The position numbers and the translations under genes were made by a program. Under the pieces are notes generated by a model. It had not been told where the DNA came from and did no database searches. It saw only the letters and a list, made by a program, of their open reading frames with translations. From Nitrosopumilus sp. (GTDB taxonomy: Archaea > Thermoproteota > Nitrososphaeria > Nitrososphaerales > Nitrosopumilaceae), in the NCBI GenBank assembly GCA_963662625.1, contig OY759726.1, positions 512,001-576,000 of the forward strand: a DNA stretch of 64,000 nucleotides, in the 5' to 3' direction. Positions 57,836 through 64,000 of the stretch are shown here, piece after piece (the stretch's first letter is position 1; the number at the start of each line of letters is the position of its first letter).

Positions 57836-59241
57836 TGGAAAGATCGCTGGACGGGTCACTCTCGCTCTTCAGGGACAGGGTCGCGGACTGCGTCAAGGCA
57901 AAGAAATCGATCTCCGTCCTGACCCACATCGACTGCGACGGGCTCACGTCTGGCAGCATAATCGCAAAGGCCCTCTTCAGGGCCGGGGCCAGGTGCACCG
58001 TCAGGACCGCGAAGGAGTTCGGCGCGGCGGCGATCGGGGAGATGGGGAAGGACTCGAGGGACTTCCACATAGTCACCGACCTGGGCGGCGGCTTTGCGGG
58101 GGAGATCGACGCCGAGCTTGGCGACGGCTGGTTCGTCCTGGACCACCACCAGATCTCGGGCGACGAGCTGGACAACCCGAGGGTCATAAACGCCTGGAAG
58201 TACGGCATCGACGGCGGCGCGGACGTGTGCGCCGGGGGGATGGCGTACCTGGCGGCGATGGCGCTAGACGAGAAGAACTCCGACCTGTCTGCGATCGCGG
58301 TGGTGTCCGCGCTGGGGGACAGGCAGGACAGGGGGGACAGGAAGTCGCTCACCGGGAAGAACCACGCGATAGCGGAGGACGCCAGGCGGGAGGGCCTGGT
58401 GGACGTCGGCCTCGACCTGCTCCTCGTGGGCAGGGAGACCAGGGCGCTTCCCGACGCGCTGGCGTTCACCTCGCAGCCGTTCATCGAGGGGCTCACGTGG
58501 AACAGGAACGCCTGCCTGGCGCTGCTCAAATCCGCCGGGATCCGGCTGAAGGAGGGCGGCAGGTGGAGGGTCCCCAGCGAGCTGGACGGGGACGAGAGGA
58601 GGTCGGTGATAGAGGCGATCGCCAGGTTCTCCCGGGGCAGGGACTCCACCGAGATGATGTCGGAGCTCATCGGGTACACGTACACGTTTCCCAGGGAGGA
58701 CAGGAGGAGCTTCCTGCGCGACGGCAGGGAGTTCTCCACCATGCTGAACTCGTGCGGCAGGATCTGCAGGTCCGGGGTGGGCATGGCAGTGTGCATGGGT
58801 GACAGGAACAGGATCCTCCTGGAGGGCGAGGGGATCCTGAAGGAGTACAGGGGGATGATCAGGGGGTACATGAGCAGGCTGTCAAGCGAGAGGTGGAGGA
58901 CCTCGGAGAGCAGCACGTGCGTGATGGTGAACGCGGAGGGCATAGTCCCCGAGACCATGACCGGGACCGTCTCGTCGCTGATTGCCGGCTCGCCGAAGAA
59001 CGCCGGAAAGATCGTGATCCTGAGGACGGACTCCGAGGAGAACACCGTCAAGTTCTCCTCCAGGAAGTCGCTTGGCTGCAGTTCGGGGATCAACCTGAGC
59101 CAGCTGATGAGGTCCGGGGCCGAAAAGTTCGACGGCATGGGCGGCGGGCACGACTCGGCGGCCGGCGCCAAGATAACTAAAGACAAATTGGACGGGTTTC
59201 TCGAGTATTTGGATGCAAATGTCGTTAACGTGCAAGGTTAG
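57835..59241 (+). CDS. DHH-family phosphoesterase (RecJ/Cdc45-like)
   Basis: HIDCDG, TDLG, LDHH and GGGH..AAGA. Confidence 0.88.
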   Translation: MERSLDGSLSLFRDRVADCVKAKKSISVLTHIDCDGLTSGSIIAKALFRAGARCTVRTAKEFGAAAIGEMGKDSRDFHIVTDLGGGFAGEIDAELGDGWFVLDHHQISGDELDNPRVINAWKYGIDGGADVCAGGMAYLAAMALDEKNSDLSAIAVVSALGDRQDRGDRKSLTGKNHAIAEDARREGLVDVGLDLLLVGRETRALPDALAFTSQPFIEGLTWNRNACLALLKSAGIRLKEGGRWRVPSELDGDERRSVIEAIARFSRGRDSTEMMSELIGYTYTFPREDRRSFLRDGREFSTMLNSCGRICRSGVGMAVCMGDRNRILLEGEGILKEYRGMIRGYMSRLSSERWRTSESSTCVMVNAEGIVPETMTGTVSSLIAGSPKNAGKIVILRTDSEENTVKFSSRKSLGCSSGINLSQLMRSGAEKFDGMGGGHDSAAGAKITKDKLDGFLEYLDANVVNVQG

Positions 59242-59461
59242 GATAACCCTCAACGGCGTCGCCGGTGAGAAGGCAAGGGCCGTGGAGAGGGCCCTGGAAC
59301 CGGACAACGTGGACTTTCCGGACGGGCTGGGCATGTCCGTCGAGAGCGCCGGCGGCAGGCTGGTTTTTACGTTCGAGGGAAGGCGGGACATCGGGAAGAT
59401 GATCGGGAGCATAGACGAGGTGCTCGGGCACGCGCAGGTGGCTCTGAGGGTGATGGGATAG
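59213..59461 (+). CDS. pcc1: KEOPS subunit Pcc1-like protein
   Basis: ALEPDN motif; conserved archaeal rps15-DHH-pcc1-serS-rps3ae order. Confidence 0.7.
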   Translation: MQMSLTCKVRITLNGVAGEKARAVERALEPDNVDFPDGLGMSVESAGGRLVFTFEGRRDIGKMIGSIDEVLGHAQVALRVMG

Positions 59462-60723
59462 TGCTGGATCCCAAGGTGGTCAGGGAGAGCCCCGGGGCCA
59501 TCCGGGAGATGCTGGGGGCCAGGGGCGTGGAGTTTGACCTGGATGCGCTGGTGCGCTCGGAGAGGGCCAGGCGGGAGCTGCTCGGAAGCGCCGAGGGGAT
59601 CAGGGCCAGGAAGAACCGCGTGGCGCTGGACATATCCAAGAAGAAGAAGGAGGGGGGGGACGCCGCCGGGTTGCTGGCGGAGATGAAGGAGGTGTCGGTC
59701 AGCCTGAAGGCCGCCGAGGAGGGGCTGGCCCGCGCCGAGGCCGAGTACCAGAGGCTCGCGCTCACGGTGCCGAACCTGGTGGACAAGTCGGTGCCGGTGG
59801 GCGACGAGTCGGCGAACGTGGAGGTGCGCAGGTGGGGCGACGTGCCGGAGTTCGGGTTCGGCGCCAGCAACCACGTCGACATGTCGGAGAGGCTGGGGCT
59901 CGTGGACCTGCAGAGGGCGGCCAAGGTGTCGGGCGCGAGGTTTTACTACCTGAAGGACGGCCTCGTGAGGCTGAACCAGGCCCTGATCAGCTACGCGCTT
60001 GACTTCCTGGCCGGGAGGGGGTACACCCCCGTCCAGCCGCCGTACATGATAAACCGGCAGTCCATGCAGGGGGCAGTCATCGCGGACGACTTTGAGGACG
60101 TCATCTACAAGATAGAGGGCGAGGACCTGTACATGATAGGGACGTCGGAGCACGCCATGGCCGCCATGCACTCGGGCGAGATCCTGGACGGGGCCGGCCT
60201 CCCGCTGAGGTACGCCGGGGTGAGCCCGTGCTTCAGGAAGGAGGCCGGCGCGCACGGCAGGGACCAGAAGGGGATCTTCAGGGTGCACCAGTTTGACAAG
60301 ATCGAGCAGTTCGTGTTCGCGAGGCCGGGGGAGTCGTGGGGCGAGCACGAGAGGATGCTGGAAGCCGCGGAAGAGTTCTACCGGAGCCTCGGGATCCCGC
60401 ACAGGGTGGTGCTGCTGTCGAGCGCGGACATGGGCAAGGTGTCCGCGAAGACGTACGACATAGAGGCGTGGATGGCGGGGCAGGGCGCGTTCCGGGAGGT
60501 GGTCTCCTGCTCGAACTGCCTGGACTACCAGGCAAGGAGGCTGAAGGTGAGGTTCAGGGACAGGACGAACGAGCAGACGCGGTACGTCCACACGCTCAAC
60601 AGCACGCTGGTCGCGACGTCCAGGGCCATGGTGGCGATAATGGAGGACTTCCAGACGGCCGACGGCCACGTCGGGATCCCCCGGGTCCTGCAGGGGCGCA
60701 TGGGGGGCGAGAGCGAGATCTAG
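59461..60723 (+). CDS. serS: Serine-tRNA ligase
   Basis: GTSEH, FRKEAG, RVHQFDKIE, EVVSCSNC.DYQARR and HTLNST. Confidence 0.96.
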   Translation: MLDPKVVRESPGAIREMLGARGVEFDLDALVRSERARRELLGSAEGIRARKNRVALDISKKKKEGGDAAGLLAEMKEVSVSLKAAEEGLARAEAEYQRLALTVPNLVDKSVPVGDESANVEVRRWGDVPEFGFGASNHVDMSERLGLVDLQRAAKVSGARFYYLKDGLVRLNQALISYALDFLAGRGYTPVQPPYMINRQSMQGAVIADDFEDVIYKIEGEDLYMIGTSEHAMAAMHSGEILDGAGLPLRYAGVSPCFRKEAGAHGRDQKGIFRVHQFDKIEQFVFARPGESWGEHERMLEAAEEFYRSLGIPHRVVLLSSADMGKVSAKTYDIEAWMAGQGAFREVVSCSNCLDYQARRLKVRFRDRTNEQTRYVHTLNSTLVATSRAMVAIMEDFQTADGHVGIPRVLQGRMGGESEI

Positions 60724-60841
60724 CGGCGGGCGGGCGCCCCAGGCAGGGGCGGCGGCCCCGCGCACGCCGCCTGCCGGCGCCCCGGGGATCTCCGGGCGGC
60801 CCCGCATACCCTTATATTTTGGATTCCAAGGTCGATAGTGA

Positions 60842-61453
60842 TTGGCACGCAGGAAGGGTCGCGTAAAGGACAAGTGGAGGGAGAAGCGGTGGATCACGGT
60901 CAACGCCACCGACGCGTTCAACAACGTCCCGATTGCGTACGTCCCGATCACCGACGACGAGAACGCCTCGGGCAGGGTCCTCGAGGTCACGCTGCACGAC
61001 ATCCTGAAGGGCGAGCCGTCGCAGCACCAGTTCAAGCTGTACTTCCAGATAGACAAGGTGGACGGGGACAGCGCGTCGACGATCTTCAAGAGGTACGAGT
61101 ACTCCAAGGAGTTCCTGAGGAGCCTCGTAAGGCGCGGCTCCTCGAAGGTCAACTTCATAGCGGACGTCAAGACGGCGGACGGCTATATCTTCAGGATCAA
61201 GGTGATCGCGCTCACTCACAGGCAGCTTAACACGTCAAGGAAGCACGCGCTGCGGCTCATCGCGCGCGACATCATCGACAAGACGGTGCCCGAGATGACG
61301 ATCCACCAGTTCGTCCAGGCGACGTGCTACGGAAAGATCAACTCCGACATCATGGCGGCGTTCAAGAAGGTGATAAGGGTCAGGCACGTCGGCCTGGAGA
61401 AGGTCAAGCTGATCAGGACTGCGGATAAAGAGATCGCGCTGCTCGAAGCATGA
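60842..61453 (+). CDS. rps3ae: Ribosomal protein eS1 (S3Ae)
   Basis: DKWREKRW, GRVLEVTL and LRSLVRR. Confidence 0.93.
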   Translation: MARRKGRVKDKWREKRWITVNATDAFNNVPIAYVPITDDENASGRVLEVTLHDILKGEPSQHQFKLYFQIDKVDGDSASTIFKRYEYSKEFLRSLVRRGSSKVNFIADVKTADGYIFRIKVIALTHRQLNTSRKHALRLIARDIIDKTVPEMTIHQFVQATCYGKINSDIMAAFKKVIRVRHVGLEKVKLIRTADKEIALLEA

Positions 61454-61456
61454 CGC

Positions 61457-61885
61457 ATGGCCGACGCCCTGAGAGTCACGGTTGACGTCATCGTCCACGC
61501 CACGGAGGACGTCTCGAAGCTGTTCGACGCGTTCGAGGAGAACCTCGGCGTCCGCAGGGAGGAGTTTTCGGAGAGGGGCTCCACCGGCCACTACGACAAC
61601 CCGATCACGGTCATCAGCGCGGACCTGCGGAAGGGGAGGGCCCGGGACTTTTTGGACAGGGCGCTTGGGATGCTGAGCGCCTCGCAGAGGGACGAGATGG
61701 TCGGCGAGATAGCGGAGAGGACGGAGCGGTCCAAGTTCCACGTGAGGCTCGGCAAGCAGGAGTTTCTCGGCGGGAGGCTGGCCTTCGAGGAGAACGACGC
61801 GATAAGGCTAAGGATCCACGCCCCGGTCTACAACAGGAGGGACACGGTCGCGACGTTCAGCGGGATCCTCTCCGGGGACTGCTGA
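61457..61885 (+). CDS. COG1325-type RNA-binding protein
   Basis: HATED, GHYDNPI and RLGKQ. Confidence 0.8.
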   Translation: MADALRVTVDVIVHATEDVSKLFDAFEENLGVRREEFSERGSTGHYDNPITVISADLRKGRARDFLDRALGMLSASQRDEMVGEIAERTERSKFHVRLGKQEFLGGRLAFEENDAIRLRIHAPVYNRRDTVATFSGILSGDC

Positions 61886-61973
61886 GCACGCGGCCTGTTC
61901 CGGCACGCGGGCGCGCCGCCGGGACGCCGCGCCGCGCGTCTAGGTTAAATAATGGCGGCGGGAATGCAGGTTC

Positions 61974-62042
61974 GGGAATGAGGAGATAACAGCCGCTCCA
62001 GTCTGAGCAAACGCCTTGAAGACCCCGCGACGAACCGACCCC
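61974..62042 (+). ncRNA. Putative box C/D sRNA
   Basis: GTTAAATA box at 61944-51; C ATGAGGA 61978, D' CTGA 62003, C' TTGAAGA 62016, D CCGA 62035; terminal GGG/CCC stem. Confidence 0.65.
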
Positions 62043-62118
62043 AAACACGAACATGACTCGGCACGGGACGCCGCGCGCGGGCCGCCCGGCGATCGCGGGG
62101 GCCGTGCCCGGCTTGGCC

Positions 62119-62225
62119 GCGCGCCCCGGGCGTTTTTGTCTGGCGGGCGGCGACTCGGCTCGGCCCTGGCCGGCCCCGGCGGCACCAAGCGCGCCCCGGG
62201 CGTTTTTGTCTGGCGGGCGGCGACT
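62119..62225. repeat. Two identical 37-bp direct repeats separated by 33 bp
   Basis: GCGCGCCCCGGGCGTTTTTGTCTGGCGGGCGGCGACT at 62119-62155 and 62189-62225. Confidence 0.88.
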
Positions 62226-62364
62226 TGCGGCATGCGCGGGGCTCCGGCCGCGTTCCCGGCGGTACCGGTTGGCGGGGTAGCGGCAGGCCCGGGGCCGGGC
62301 CCGCGCCGGGCGCCGCACGCCCACGGGCATCATTTTAAATACAGATAAGCGTCGTGGTTTAGTT

Positions 62365-63828
62365 GTGGCAGACTACGACGTCATAGTCGCCGGTGGCGGC
62401 CTCACGGGAACCATCGTGGCGCAGGCGGTGTCGCACTACTCCGGCCAGGGCCTGAGGGTGCTCTCGATCGACAGGAACGCGGAGATCCACCCGGGCAGGA
62501 AGTCGATGGGCGGGTGGACGTGCGGGGACGCGTGCTCGAAGGAGGCAGTCGACTACATGTCCGAGAGGATCAAGGTGCGTTGGACCAGGCCGGAGATAGA
62601 GCACGACGTGAAGGGCGTCATGGCGTTCTCCCCGGACAGGGAGACGGCCATCCCGTTTGACGGCGCCGGGTACATGCTCAACCGCCAAAAGCTCCCCGAG
62701 GTGCAAAACGAGAGGGCGCGCAAGATGGGGGCTGACTTTGAGTTCGAGATCAACCTGACGGGGCTGCTCTACGACGGGGGCCAGGTGGTCGGCGTCAAGG
62801 GGGTGGACAACAAGACGAGGCAGCCGTACAAGAAGACGGCAAGGGTGGTGGTGGACTGCACCGGCGTGACCTCGATGCTGAGGAACCAGCTGCAGAACTC
62901 GGCGAAGATCGAGAGGAAGATAGACAGGCGCGACCTGGAGTCCACCGGGAGGTACATCATGTATTTCAAGCCCGGGGAGAGCGACCTGACCGAGTTTGAT
63001 CCCGACTATTGCATAATCCACCTGGACCAGGACATCGCCCCCGGCGGCTACGGGTGGGTCTTCCCAAAGGGCGCGGAAAAGGTGAACATAGGGCTCGGGG
63101 TTGAAAAGTCGCTGCTGGACAAGAGGAACGCGAGGCTGGGCAAGAAGGACAACGTCGAGTCCCTGATGAGGGAGTACCTGCACAGGAACAGGGCGATCAC
63201 GGAGCCGAGGCTCTCGGAGGACCCGGAGGACTCCGACAACAACTCCGGCATATTCCAGGTGTCGGTGAGGAGGCAGAACGACTGCCTGGTCTCCGGTGGG
63301 TACATCATGGTGGGCGACTCCGCGTGGATGCCAAAGCCGATCGACGCCGGCGGGATCGGGCCCGCGCTGGTGGGCGGCACCATAGCCGGGGAGTGCGTGG
63401 TGCGGGCGATACAGGCGGGCGACGTCTCCGAGAGGGGGCTGTGGCAGTACAACCTGGACTTTATCGAGGAGTACGGGTACAAGACGGCGGGGCTGGAGCT
63501 CTTCAGGAGGCTGGTCCAGACGCTGACTAACGAGCAGATCAGCTACGGGATGAAGCATTTTTTGGGCAACCTCGACGTGGAGTCCATCAGCAAGGGGGAG
63601 CACCCCGACTTTTCCGGGCTCGGGAAGGTGGGCATGATGATCAGGGGGATAATGAACAAGACGGTCGCCGAGGGGCTCAGGTACACGTCAGGCCAGAACA
63701 AGTGGCTGGTCGAGCACTACGGCCGGTACCCCAAGGATCCCGACGGGTTCGAGTCGTGGAACAGGGAGCTCCACAAGAGGCTCGACGAGTCATACGAGAA
63801 GATCGCCTCGTTCGGGGGCCGGAATTAG
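62365..63828 (+). CDS. Geranylgeranyl reductase family flavoprotein
   Basis: DVIVAGGG..G, CGDA, PGGYGWVFPKG and VGDSA...PIDAGGI. Confidence 0.85.
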   Translation: MADYDVIVAGGGLTGTIVAQAVSHYSGQGLRVLSIDRNAEIHPGRKSMGGWTCGDACSKEAVDYMSERIKVRWTRPEIEHDVKGVMAFSPDRETAIPFDGAGYMLNRQKLPEVQNERARKMGADFEFEINLTGLLYDGGQVVGVKGVDNKTRQPYKKTARVVVDCTGVTSMLRNQLQNSAKIERKIDRRDLESTGRYIMYFKPGESDLTEFDPDYCIIHLDQDIAPGGYGWVFPKGAEKVNIGLGVEKSLLDKRNARLGKKDNVESLMREYLHRNRAITEPRLSEDPEDSDNNSGIFQVSVRRQNDCLVSGGYIMVGDSAWMPKPIDAGGIGPALVGGTIAGECVVRAIQAGDVSERGLWQYNLDFIEEYGYKTAGLELFRRLVQTLTNEQISYGMKHFLGNLDVESISKGEHPDFSGLGKVGMMIRGIMNKTVAEGLRYTSGQNKWLVEHYGRYPKDPDGFESWNRELHKRLDESYEKIASFGGRN

Positions 63829-63861
63829 TGTTAAATAAAGTCGGGTCGGAACGAGTGTGCC

Positions 63862-64000
63862 TTGGAAACGCAGTATCTTGACTGGAACGAGTCGATGCCG
63901 GTGCTTGACAAGGCGTACGCGGCTGGCCTCTTCGCGCTCATAATCGGGCCGAAGGGCACGGGCAAGACCTCGCTGGTGAGGGAGTTCGCGGCCAGCAAGA
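63862..64000 (+). CDS. MoxR/CbbQ-type AAA ATPase (partial)
   Basis: TTG start; LIIGPKGTGKTSLVR Walker A. Confidence 0.75.
   Translation, partial: METQYLDWNESMPVLDKAYAAGLFALIIGPKGTGKTSLVREFAASK

Noticed and set aside
58882-61170. Long antisense or shadow ORFs (762 aa here; also 9284-10879, 31267-32946, 37582-38724 and others)
   Set aside because: They mirror well-identified genes, are Arg/Pro/Gly-rich and carry no motifs

Overview
This window comes from a high-GC ammonia-oxidising archaeon (Nitrososphaerota/Thaumarchaeota, Nitrosopumilaceae-like gene order). The high GC suggests a host- or sponge-associated lineage, which is an inference. Most of it is core genome: RNA modification (rlmE, trm1, fibrillarin, nop5, rtcB), nucleotide and cofactor metabolism (mtnP, apt, pyrD/K, purB, thiL, pdxS/T, queD, coaD), aminoacyl-tRNA synthetases (valS, pheS/T, trpS, serS), ribosomal proteins, aconitase, lipid genes (a Grs-like radical SAM enzyme and a geranylgeranyl reductase) and the AMO cluster (amoA, amoX, amoC, amoB, probable amoY and amoZ). 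There are seven tRNAs, two of them with two BHB introns each. Several features are absent from the ORF track: a two-hairpin box H/ACA-like guide RNA between pheT and an EVE gene, a promoter-bearing box C/D sRNA, and four small ORFs (25, 27, 34 and 58 aa). The 34-aa membrane peptide shares the low-GC codon signature of the amo genes. Other oddities are a low-GC three-gene MazF-type island near tRNA-Thr, tandem-repeat expansions in uS11 (acidic) and a TFE-beta/RPC34-like protein (basic), and two isolated repeat-spacer-repeat units with CRISPR-like geometry. All calls were made by eye from motifs and context; no searches were run.
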